Assembly: GCA_035514295.1 (NCBI GenBank)
Contig: DATKBB010000012.1
Coordinates: forward strand, 21,385-85,384
Length of the DNA: 64,000 nt
Direction of reading: 5' to 3'
DNA from: Candidatus Limnocylindria bacterium
GTDB taxonomy: Bacteria > Chloroflexota > Limnocylindria > Limnocylindrales > CSP1-4
Numbering within the stretch: the stretch's first letter is position 1; every line of letters starts with the position of its first letter. The translations under genes and the position numbers were made by a program. The notes under the pieces were generated by a model that saw only the letters and a program-made list of their open reading frames with translations, had not been told where the DNA came from and searched no databases. Below, one piece after another: positions 48,647 through 57,022 of this stretch.

Positions 48647-49486
48647 ATGCCGGACCTGAAGGCCGCCGAGCGCGCGCGCCTGCCGGACAGTGCCTTTGCC
48701 TACGTGGATGCGCGCGGCCGCCGGCTGCTGCCTATCCACGACGAGGCGCACGTGCGCAATGCGCTGGCCCGCTTCGCGCGCACGAACTTCGAGGACGATG
48801 CCGCCCGCGATCGCGCCCGTCGACGTCTGCTGCGGGCGGCGCGCCGGTACGGCATCGTGCCCGACGGCTTCATAGCCGGCCAGCTCGAGCCCGCCCGGCG
48901 TCTGCCCCGCGGCGCCATCACTTTCCTGCTGTCCGATATGGAGGGTTCGACCGAGCTGCTGGCGGAGCTGGGCGAGGACTATGCCGGGCTGCTGGCCGAC
49001 CTGCGACGCCTGCTGCGCCGGCGCATGCGCCAGCATGGCGGCCGCGAGGTGGATGCCCGGGCCGACGAGTTCCTGGCCGCCTTCGAACGTCCTCAGGCTG
49101 CGCTGCACGCGGCGCTCGCCATCCAGCTGGCGATCGGCGAAGCGTCGTGGCCGGCCGGCGTTCGGCCGCGCCTGCGCATGGGCATCCACAGCGGCCGGCC
49201 GACGCTGACCAGCGAGGGTTACGTGGGGCTGGCGGTCCATGCCGTCGCCCGGGTCTGCTCGGCGGCCCACGGCGGCCAGGTGATCGTTTCAGGCGCAACC
49301 GCGGCCGCCTTGGCTGAGCAGTTGCCCGAGGGCCTGAGCCTGTCCAGCCTGGGCGAACATCGTTTGCGCGGCCTGCCCAATCCAATCGAGCTCTTGCAGC
49401 TCCTGGCCGAGGGGCTCGGAGCATCCTTCCCGCCGCTGCGCGATAGCGCCGCGAGCGTTGGCGCCCCAGCGGTCAAGGAGCGCTAG
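48647..49486 (+). CDS. nucleotide cyclase (class III CHD) domain protein with about 75-aa N-terminal domain of unknown function
   Basis: ITFLLSDMEGSTELL / ADEFLAAFE / GYVGLAVHAVARV cyclase motifs. Starts 4 nt after the preceding stop. Confidence 0.75.
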   Translation: MPDLKAAERARLPDSAFAYVDARGRRLLPIHDEAHVRNALARFARTNFEDDAARDRARRRLLRAARRYGIVPDGFIAGQLEPARRLPRGAITFLLSDMEGSTELLAELGEDYAGLLADLRRLLRRRMRQHGGREVDARADEFLAAFERPQAALHAALAIQLAIGEASWPAGVRPRLRMGIHSGRPTLTSEGYVGLAVHAVARVCSAAHGGQVIVSGATAAALAEQLPEGLSLSSLGEHRLRGLPNPIELLQLLAEGLGASFPPLRDSAASVGAPAVKER

Positions 49487-49503
49487 CGCGACTTCGCTGG
49501 GAC

Positions 49504-50241
49504 TCAGCGGCTGGGCGCCCGTCCCACCGGTTTGGCGGCTGGGTCGTCCTCCGTATCGAGGATGCCCAGGCGAACCGCATGGAACGTCGCCTCTGCGCGA
49601 TTCGAGACGGCCAGCTTGCGCAGGATGCGCTCGACATGGATCTTGACGGTGCCAGCCGCAAGCTGCAGATCGGAGGCGATTTCCTTGTTGGAGCCACCGT
49701 GGGCAATCGAGCGCAGAACCTGGAGTTCGCGCGGTGTCAGCGGATCTGGCCTCGGCGTGAACGCCGTCTGCGCCGAATCAATCGCGAAGGCCTGGATAAC
49801 CTGGCCGGCCAGGGTCCGATCGACGAACGCCTCGCCAGCGAGCACTCGTTCGACGGCGGCAATCAAGGCACCGGACGGCGCATCCTTCAGCAGGAACGCT
49901 GTCGCGCCTGCCTGTATCGCATCGACGACGGACTTTGGGTCGGTGTCGGTGCTCAATACGATGATCCTACTCGACGGACTGGCCCTACGCAGGGCGGAAA
50001 CGACGCTCACTCCGCCGCTACCGGCAGGTGAGAGCCCGGAGACGATCAGCGCCGGGCGCAGCGTGCGGCAGAGTCCTATCGCGTCCGGCAGGCTGGACAC
50101 CTGGCCGGTGACGTCCACCCCCGAGATGCTGGCGAGGACGCTGCTCAGGCCGGCAAGCGTAATGTCGTGCGACTCAACGACTACGGCTGTGGCAGGACGA
50201 CGTCTCACCGGCCTACCATCGGGTCGGTCGTGGCTGGCCAT
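49504..50241 (-). CDS. LuxR/NarL-family response regulator with atypical (Asp-less) receiver domain
   Basis: C-terminal LuxR HTH LTPRELQVLRSIAHGGSNKEIASDLQLAAGTVKIHVERILRKL. Receiver-like N-terminus has DD->ES (VVVESHD) and the phospho-acceptor Asp replaced by Ser (ALIVSGLSPAG). T and K (IVLSTDT, FLLKD) are retained. Confidence 0.75.
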   Translation of the reverse strand: MASHDRPDGRPVRRRPATAVVVESHDITLAGLSSVLASISGVDVTGQVSSLPDAIGLCRTLRPALIVSGLSPAGSGGVSVVSALRRASPSSRIIVLSTDTDPKSVVDAIQAGATAFLLKDAPSGALIAAVERVLAGEAFVDRTLAGQVIQAFAIDSAQTAFTPRPDPLTPRELQVLRSIAHGGSNKEIASDLQLAAGTVKIHVERILRKLAVSNRAEATFHAVRLGILDTEDDPAAKPVGRAPSR

Positions 50242-50398
50242 TCGACTTGCCTAGGTTCCAGGATGGGGAGGGCCCAAGTGTGGCCGACGTCTCGGCTCCG
50301 GGCTAGGGCTCGATGAGGCTACGTACGCGTCGGCAACGGTCCTGCCCATCGGTGGTCTACATCCGATTGGTTCAGGTTCCGCCGCCTGTCCGCTCGGC

Positions 50399-51352
50399 TC
50401 AGCGTTCCGCTTGTGCCTGCTGAAGCAACTCGTGGGCGTCGATCGTCCTGCCGGCTGCTTCGGCCAGAATGGCGGCGAGGCGCATTTCCTGCGCCGAGAA
50501 CGGAGCCCTGCTCTCGAGACGGACGAGCGCGTGAACGCGCTCTGCCCCCTTGACCAGCGCCGTGGCCGTGCGGCCAGTCACCAGCACCGGCGCAAGGTCC
50601 ACGTCGGAAGGCTTGAGGGCGTCAAGGCGCACTACCGTGACTTCTGCTTCGAACAGGCTGGCGAGCGCCCGCTCGAGCTGATCCAGTACGGCAACCCCTG
50701 CATCTCGCCCGAAGGCGCGCACGTGATCGAGAGCCGCGGCCAGCCGGACCTGCTGGGAGCGCGCCTCGGTCAGCGCGTTCCGTAACGAGCGGGCCGTGAG
50801 CGAGGCCGTGGCGGCGATGACCACCGCCAGCGGCAGCGCGACGGCGAGGTGGTCCAGTGAGCCCGAGCGGTCGAGCACCGTCGCGCGCCAGACCTCCGTG
50901 CCCAGCACGAGGGCAACTGCGACGCTGGCCTGCTTTCCCGTCAGATACCAGCCGGCCACCGCCAGGACCGGAGCGTACAGCGCGAAGTAGGGCGAGCTGC
51001 CCGCACCGGTGAGCGAACTGAGAGCCGCAGTGAAGACGGTGGGTCCTCCCGCCAGGACCAGCAGCCACTGATCATCAACCCGTTCCCAGGGCACTATCAG
51101 CGAGCCGAGCGAGAACGTGGCGAGCGCAACGCAGAGAGCGAGGACGTCGGCATACCTGATGCCTGGCCCGAGGTGCGAGCCGGCGGTCAGCAGCACGATC
51201 GGGATCGCCACCACCGTGAGGCCCAGAACTGCCCAGCGCATCGCCTGCCCGGCATCGCGCGTGGCGGCCAGATCGCCGGATGGACCAAGCCTCGGCTTGA
51301 GGGCGCCCGTGAGGGCAAGTTGACCAGTCAGATTGCGGGCGCGACTGAGCAT
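50399..51352 (-). CDS. polytopic membrane protein with C-terminal cytoplasmic GAF-like domain
   Basis: 5-6 hydrophobic helices, then about 130 aa with a GAF-like pattern (...EVTVVRLD...LVTGRTATALVKGAERVHALVRL...FSAQEMRLAAILAEAAGRTI). ATG overlaps the stop of the upstream repeat-protein gene (ATGA). Confidence 0.5.
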   Translation of the reverse strand: MLSRARNLTGQLALTGALKPRLGPSGDLAATRDAGQAMRWAVLGLTVVAIPIVLLTAGSHLGPGIRYADVLALCVALATFSLGSLIVPWERVDDQWLLVLAGGPTVFTAALSSLTGAGSSPYFALYAPVLAVAGWYLTGKQASVAVALVLGTEVWRATVLDRSGSLDHLAVALPLAVVIAATASLTARSLRNALTEARSQQVRLAAALDHVRAFGRDAGVAVLDQLERALASLFEAEVTVVRLDALKPSDVDLAPVLVTGRTATALVKGAERVHALVRLESRAPFSAQEMRLAAILAEAAGRTIDAHELLQQAQAER

Positions 51353-52557
51353 CAGTCCAGGCCCTCAGTCATGTCGCTGCCCACAGCGAGCGGCTCCAGT
51401 TGGCGCCGTCCCCGCAGGTTGCGAGAGATGAAGTGCCAGGCCAGCAGCGCCAGGGCCAGGGCGACGAACGGGATGGCCGCCGTACCGATGACCTGTGCCG
51501 CCCGATCGGCGGTGGAGGTATCGGGCAGGTTGGGGGCCGATCCCGCTGAACCGGCTGAACCCGCTGCTGCGTCCGGTGCCGGGCAGACGTCGCTACCGGC
51601 TGCGGGCTCCTCGCTCGCGCCGGGATCGTCCCCAGCGCCAGGTGCAGAGCCGCTCGGGTCGGGCGAGGTCGTGGGCGCCGGTGACGTGCTCGAGCCTGGC
51701 TCGGGGGACGCGCTTGGGGCGGGCGACACGCTCGGCGCCGGTGATGTGGCCGGGCTGGCGCCCGGCGACGTACCGGGGCTGGGGTGCGCTACAGCGGTCT
51801 GGCAGACAGCCAGGTCCGCCCCCACCAGGAGCACGGTCACCTTGCTGATCCGGGCGAAGACGTCGAGCTCTAGGCGCAGACTTGCGAAGACGCCGACGGC
51901 GACGCTCGAATGTACCGTGGTGCCCGCAGCGATGACCCGCCTGCTGCCGCCGATTGTCAGCTGGCCATCACTCGTCGCCGTCGCTGCGACGAAGCCGGTC
52001 ACCTGACCACAAACCTCGAGGCTGCTGGTCACGTTGGCCGTGACCGTGCCGTCCTTGACCTGGCCGAAGACGTTCAACTCGAGCGTGGCGCACAGGTCGG
52101 CACCGAGCTTGACGGCGGCCGGCAGCTCGGCGCCCAGGGCCAGCACGAACTTGCGGCCGGCGATGGTCAGGTTGCCCAGGCTGGTCAGGGTGGCCTTGCC
52201 GTAGGCGGTCACCTCGCCGCAGATCTGGACGGTGGTCGTGGCGTCCGCGTCCAGAACGACGATGTCGTTGATGCTGCCGGAGGCGTCAAGCGTGAGGCGC
52301 AGGCAGAGATACGCATCCACCTCGACGGCCGACGGGACGGTCGTGCCGGCGGCGATGACGTAGGCGACGCCGTTGATCGTCAGCGCACCAGCCAGCAACG
52401 CGCTCGGCGCGACGTAGAGCGTGACCGTGCCGCAGACCTCGATCGTCGTCGCAGCCCGCACAGGCTCGGGTCCAACCATGCCGCGGCCACCGGGAATTGC
52501 GGCGACGAGCGTCGCCAACAGCACTGCCACCACCAGGATTCGTAGACGAGTAGCCAT
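51352..52557 (-). CDS. secreted tandem-repeat protein (three ~70-aa DUF5666-like beta repeats), PS-rich stalk, C-terminal LPDTS + TM + basic tail
   Basis: Signal peptide MATRLRILVVAVLLATLVAAIP. Repeats each with ..V/IxVCGxVT...LTIxG... and a Cys pair. Pro/Ser/Ala linker. C-terminal NLPDTSTADRAAQVIGTAAIPFVALALALLAWHFISRNLRGRR. Confidence 0.6.
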   Translation of the reverse strand: MATRLRILVVAVLLATLVAAIPGGRGMVGPEPVRAATTIEVCGTVTLYVAPSALLAGALTINGVAYVIAAGTTVPSAVEVDAYLCLRLTLDASGSINDIVVLDADATTTVQICGEVTAYGKATLTSLGNLTIAGRKFVLALGAELPAAVKLGADLCATLELNVFGQVKDGTVTANVTSSLEVCGQVTGFVAATATSDGQLTIGGSRRVIAAGTTVHSSVAVGVFASLRLELDVFARISKVTVLLVGADLAVCQTAVAHPSPGTSPGASPATSPAPSVSPAPSASPEPGSSTSPAPTTSPDPSGSAPGAGDDPGASEEPAAGSDVCPAPDAAAGSAGSAGSAPNLPDTSTADRAAQVIGTAAIPFVALALALLAWHFISRNLRGRRQLEPLAVGSDMTEGLD

Positions 52558-52848
52558 CGGACGAGTCTCCAGTCGTGTTGCACAGGCCCGCTGTCGACCT
52601 TTGGCGATACCCTGGTCTCGCGCGCGTTGGCGCACAATCGGGCCGATGGCCTAGTCGACGTATGGAAAACGGCATATGCCGGGCCGCGAGTTGCCGGCGG
52701 ACGGCAAGGTCTGGGTGTCGTCCGGGCATCGACCGCGTCAGCTGTCGCGCTGTTTATCGTCGCAAGCGCATGCTCGAGCTGATCGCCTGCTGGCCGTACC
52801 GGCCAGACTTAGTGTCGTGATCGACAGCCGGCAGCATTCCGCCCAGGG

Positions 52849-53181
52849 CTAGCTGCGCATGAGCTGCCCCAGCCGCCGGCGAGCATTGCCCAGCGCCTGC
52901 TGCTCATCGTCTGCCTCAGCCGCCAGCAGCCGACCAACGTCGCGCGCAAGCTGCTCGTCGTCCAGCGCCGAAGCGAGCACGGGCAGTACGCGGCGCGCGT
53001 TGCGCGGGTCGAGCAGCGCGTCCCACATCAGCTCGAGGTGCCTCTGCCTCATTTCGCGCTTCTCGCGCAGCGCTCGCGCGCGATCCTCCGCCAGCGGCTT
53101 GGCGTACGCCACGACGACGCCCGAGATGAGCCCACTGATCGCGCTGATGATGGCCACCGCTACGGCCGTGCTCGCGTCCAT
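52849..53181 (-). CDS. small membrane-anchored hypothetical protein (110 aa)
   Basis: N-terminal TM (AVAVAIISAISGLISGVVVAY), then a charged helical region. High GC3, and a GAGGG SD-like sequence upstream. Confidence 0.5.
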   Translation of the reverse strand: MDASTAVAVAIISAISGLISGVVVAYAKPLAEDRARALREKREMRQRHLELMWDALLDPRNARRVLPVLASALDDEQLARDVGRLLAAEADDEQQALGNARRRLGQLMRS

Positions 53182-53254
53182 GCCCTCAGTTCAGCACGGC
53201 GCAGTGCCAGCTAGCGTGGCGCGCGCCCGCATGCGGTGCCGGAAGGAGGAAGGA

Positions 53255-53331
53255 TGGTCGGGGCGGCCGGATTTGAACCGGCGACCCCAGCGTCCCGAAC
53301 GCTGTGCGCTACCAGGCTGCGCTACGCCCCG
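53255..53331 (-). tRNA. tRNA-Pro (anticodon CGG)
   Basis: Reverse complement folds as CGGGGCG-TA-GCGC...AGCGC-A-CAGCG-TTCGGGA-CGCTG-GGGTC-GCCGG-TTCAAAT-CCGGC-CGCCCCG-A-CCA. Anticodon loop is TTCGGGA -> CGG, and CCA is encoded. Confidence 0.85.
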
Positions 53332-53392
53332 ACCGAAGGGATGCCCGAGCGCGCTCGCGCCGGGCGGCCTTCAAGTATAGCGAAGGGCCAGT

Positions 53393-54486
53393 CTAGCCCC
53401 GGACGACGTGACCAAATCCCAGCTCGGACAGGCGCCGCACGCCCAGCAGGGCCATATCCGTGCGCAGTTCTCGTCCCAGCAGCTCCAGCGCCCGACCCAC
53501 ACCCGCCTCGCCGCCGGCGGCCAGAGCGTAGCCCAGCGGCCGACCAATGAAAGCGGCCCGGGCGCCCAGCGCGAGCGCGGTCAGCACGTCCACGCCGCGC
53601 CGGATGCCGCCGTCGACGTATATCTCGGCCCGCTCCGCGACGGCCTGGACCACCTCGGCCAACACGTCCGCCGTGGCCGGCGTGCGATCGAGCTGGCGCC
53701 CGCCGTGGTTGGAAACCCACACGGCGGCGGCGCCGTGTTCGACGGCGAGCGCCGCGTCCTCGGCGGTCAGGATGCCCTTGACGACGATGGGCAGCGAGGT
53801 CAGGTCGCGCAGCCAGGCCAGATCGGTCCAGCTCAGCGAGGCGTCGTTCAGCCCGCCGATTACCACCGGCAGCAACCCCTCATGCGTGCCGGCCGCCGCC
53901 TCCAGCTCGAAGTTGCCGTAAGCCTGCGGGTAGGGCAGCCGATTGCGCGCGTCGCGCTCGCGCATGCCGGCGACGGGAAAGTCGGCCGTCAGGACGATGG
54001 CGCCAAAGCCGGCCGCCTGGGCCCGGAGCACCAGCTCGGCCGAGCGCTGCCGGTCGCGATGGACGTAGAGCTGGAACCAGCGCGGGCCGGTGCCCGCTGC
54101 GCTGGCGGCCTGGGCCACCTCCTCCAGTGTCCGGCTCGACATCGTCGAGAGGCAGTACGGCAGGCCGGCACGAGCGACGGCACGGGCGGTGGCCAGTTCA
54201 GCCTGAACGTGGGCGAGGTGCTGGAAGGCCATCGGCGCGGCCCCCACCGGCAGCGCCGCCTCGCTGCCCAGCAGGCGAGTGGAAGGATCGACGCCCGAGA
54301 CGTCGACCAGCACCCGCGGCCGCAGCCGCCAGCGGCGCCAGCCTGCCTCGTTGTCGGCCAGCGTCAGCTCGTCCCCCGCCCCGCCACAGATGTAGTCGAA
54401 GGCGCCCGTCTCCAGCTGCTCGCGGGCCAGGCGCTCGAAGTCGGCCAGGTTGACGACCCTGTCGGGCTCGAAGCGCGGCTCCTCCA
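53393..54486 (-). CDS. FMN-dependent alpha-hydroxy acid dehydrogenase/oxidase (lactate/glycolate/mandelate dehydrogenase family)
   Basis: ...VVNLADFERLAREQLETGAFDYICGGAGDELTLADNEAGWRRWRLRPRVLVDVS... and the C-terminal TIM-barrel FMN motifs (...VVKGILTAEDA..., ...SNHGGRQLD...). Start trimmed to a GTG near 54486 to avoid overlap with the MFS gene. Confidence 0.7.
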
Positions 54487-54515
54487 CGCCGGCAGCGTAC
54501 CAGCGCCGCTCAGGC

Positions 54516-55757
54516 TTACTCGGCCGTGCCCGCCCCAGGTCGCGCTCCGGATCCCCGATTTGTGGCGCGGATGGGCAGCACGACCAGCGCCGCCACCACA
54601 AAGGCCGCCGCCATCAGCCAGAAGGTCAGCGGCAGGCCGGCTCCGTCACCCAGCTCGGCGATGAGCCAGCCGTACAGCGCCACCCACAGCGACCCTATGC
54701 CAAAGGCCAGCGTGAAGTAGGCCGAGAAGGCCGCATCGCGCAGGGCCGGCCGGGCGATGTCGCCCAGCAGCGCCTGCAGCTGAGGGCTCTCGACGAAGTT
54801 GAAGACGCTCAGCAGCGCGATGGCCAGCCACAGCGCTGGCTCGTTGTCGCCGGCCAGCACGAAGGCTGCCAGGGAAGCCGCCCCGCACAGGTAGGCGCCC
54901 ACGATCAGCGGCTTGCGTCCGAGCCGGTCGGACAGCCAGCCGGCGACCACCGGCCCGGGCACGGAGCCGATGACCAGCACGGTGTACATCAGCGCCACCG
55001 TGCCCACATCCAGCCCGATCACCAGGCTGAGGTAGAGCGGCACGAAGACGTTCAGTACGCCCAGCCCGCGGCCGCCGCCGCCGATGGCCGCCGAGGCGTA
55101 GACCAGCAGCAGGTCACGATCACGAAGTACCGCCGAGTAGGCGCTGCGCACGTTGCCGTAGGCGACCGCCGCGGCCCGGTCTACGCCCGACTCGCGCACC
55201 AGCGCCCAGATGGCCAGCGCGATGAGGATGGCCGGCACGCCGAAGAGCACGACCGTCCAGCGCCAGCCGATGCCGGCGATCAGCCAGGCCCCGATGAGCG
55301 GCACGGCCACCGTGCCCAGGTTGCCGCCGGCGATGTGGGCCGAGATGGCGAAGCCCCGGCGGTGCTCGGGGAACTGCTCCGCCAGCAGGCCGTTGCCCAC
55401 CGGGTGCTGGGGCGAGCCACCGATGCGCGAGACGACGTTGGCCACGGCGAAGGACAGGAAGCCGCCGGCAAGGGCTTGGGCGGCCATTCCGCCGCCGAAG
55501 ACCAGGCCGCCAACGGTCAAGATCGAGCGCCGGCTGAACCAGCGCGTCACCGCGCCGTAGGCCAGTTGGACGAGTCCGGAGAGGATGTTGCCGGCAGCGG
55601 CCAGGAAGGCGATCGCCGCCACGCCGACGTTGAGCTCCGTGATGATCGCGAGATAGACGAGCGGCAGCAGCGCCGCCTGGGCATGGTTGACGGCGTGCGC
55701 CGCGCTGAGCAGCCAGAGCGTGCGCATGGGGCGGATGGCAGCGTCGGCTGGGCGCAT
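54516..55757 (-). CDS. MFS transporter
   Basis: 12-TM organisation with an MFS motif-A-like sequence (...GAVTRWFSRRSILTVGG...). 413 aa. Confidence 0.8.
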   Translation of the reverse strand: MRPADAAIRPMRTLWLLSAAHAVNHAQAALLPLVYLAIITELNVGVAAIAFLAAAGNILSGLVQLAYGAVTRWFSRRSILTVGGLVFGGGMAAQALAGGFLSFAVANVVSRIGGSPQHPVGNGLLAEQFPEHRRGFAISAHIAGGNLGTVAVPLIGAWLIAGIGWRWTVVLFGVPAILIALAIWALVRESGVDRAAAVAYGNVRSAYSAVLRDRDLLLVYASAAIGGGGRGLGVLNVFVPLYLSLVIGLDVGTVALMYTVLVIGSVPGPVVAGWLSDRLGRKPLIVGAYLCGAASLAAFVLAGDNEPALWLAIALLSVFNFVESPQLQALLGDIARPALRDAAFSAYFTLAFGIGSLWVALYGWLIAELGDGAGLPLTFWLMAAAFVVAALVVLPIRATNRGSGARPGAGTAE

Positions 55758-55817
55758 CTGCAGCGCAGAGTAGCCGAGGCGGCTCGGCGATCCCCTGCGC
55801 CGCTAAACTGGCCTGCC

Positions 55818-56672
55818 ATGACGAACCACAGCAATGACCCTTCCGAAGATCGGCGTGAGCGCTGGGCGCTGATCCTGGGCGCGAGCAGCGGCTTCGGTGC
55901 CGCCGCGGCCCGCTCGCTGGCCCGTGCCGGCTACCCCATCGTGGGCGTGCACCTCGACCTGCGCGGCACGCGCGCCGCGGCGGAGGCCGTGCGTGACGAG
56001 GTCGCCGCCACGGGTGTACCGGTTGCGTTTCACAACGTGAATGCCGCCGACGAGGGCAAGCGCCGCGAGGTCATCGCCGACACGCAGCGCCGCTTCGAGG
56101 AGCGCCGCGCCCAGGGCGTCGAGCCATTCGTGGCCGTCTTCCTGCACTCCCTCGCGTTCGGCACGACCCTCTCCTATATCAGCGCGGTTCCAGAGGAGCG
56201 CGAGGTCAGCCAGAAGCAGCTGGAGATGACCGCCGACGTGATGGCCCACTCGATGGTCTACTGGGCTCACGACCTGTTCCACGCCGGTCTGCTGGCTGAC
56301 GGCAGCCGGCTGTTCGCGATGACCAGCGAGGGCGCCACGCGGGTGGTCCCCACCTACGGCCCGGTCAGCGCGGCCAAGGCCGCCCTCGAGTCTCACTGCC
56401 GCCAGCTGGCCCTCGAGCTGATGCCCCACCGCATCACGGTCAACGCCATCCGTGCCGGTGTGACCGACACGCCGGCCCTGCGCCGCATCCCCGGCCACGA
56501 GAGCCTGATCGAGGCCTCCACCGCGCGCAACCCGGGTGGCCGCATGACGACCCCCGAGGACGTGGCCGAGGCGCTTGTTGCGCTTGCGTCACCTCGGCTG
56601 CACTGGATGACCGGCAACACGATCGGCATCGACGGCGGCGAGATGATGGGCGCCCGCCGGCCGGGTTCCTGA
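55818..56672 (+). CDS. SDR family oxidoreductase
   Basis: Gly-rich NAD(P) motif ILGASSGFGAAAA and catalytic YGPVSAAK (Y-x3-K). 284 aa. Confidence 0.75.
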   Translation: MTNHSNDPSEDRRERWALILGASSGFGAAAARSLARAGYPIVGVHLDLRGTRAAAEAVRDEVAATGVPVAFHNVNAADEGKRREVIADTQRRFEERRAQGVEPFVAVFLHSLAFGTTLSYISAVPEEREVSQKQLEMTADVMAHSMVYWAHDLFHAGLLADGSRLFAMTSEGATRVVPTYGPVSAAKAALESHCRQLALELMPHRITVNAIRAGVTDTPALRRIPGHESLIEASTARNPGGRMTTPEDVAEALVALASPRLHWMTGNTIGIDGGEMMGARRPGS

Positions 56673-56745
56673 TCAAGCGACCATTGCTGGTGCGGGCAGG
56701 AGCCGCGTGCGGCGACGCCCCAGTGCCGCGTGCGGCCCCCGCCCC

Positions 56746-56858
56746 CTAGTTGCCGTCAGAAGTGCAGGTTCGGGGCACACGAGGATCGGAAGGGACCCGC
56801 TCAGAACCTTCCTGCGCCCCCAACGTGCGCTTACCTGGCAGTTCTGACGGGCAACTAG
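56746..56858. repeat. about 113 bp imperfect palindromic element (24-26 bp arms, about 63 nt spacer) in convergent intergenic region
   Basis: Left arm CTAGTTGCCGTCAGAAGTGCAGGT (56746-56769), right arm ACCTGGCAGTTCTGACGGGCAACTAG (56833-56858). Inner GGTTC...GAACC pairing, with lower local GC than the flanks. Confidence 0.4.
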
Positions 56859-57022
56859 CCCGTTTCGCGGGCCATCAGGTTCCGTAATCGCACTTATGGC
56901 GGGAGTGCACCTTCACGGGTCAGGCCGTCGCGCGTAGGTGACGGGACGCCGCGATCGCTCGTGGGTGCGGGTCGCCGCCCATCGCTCGCGGCGACGGGCC
57001 CGCGATCGCTCGCGAGTGGCAG

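Noticed and set aside
51600-51800. Short direct nucleotide repeats (ggcgccggtgacgtg...)
   Set aside because: They encode the Pro/Ser/Ala-rich linker of the secreted repeat protein. This is a coding low-complexity region, not a CRISPR or satellite array.
56949-57012. Two copies of GCGATCGC (cyanobacterial HIP1 octamer)
   Set aside because: Only two copies in a GC-rich context, and the organism is clearly not cyanobacterial. Likely coincidental; folded into the palindromic-element finding.
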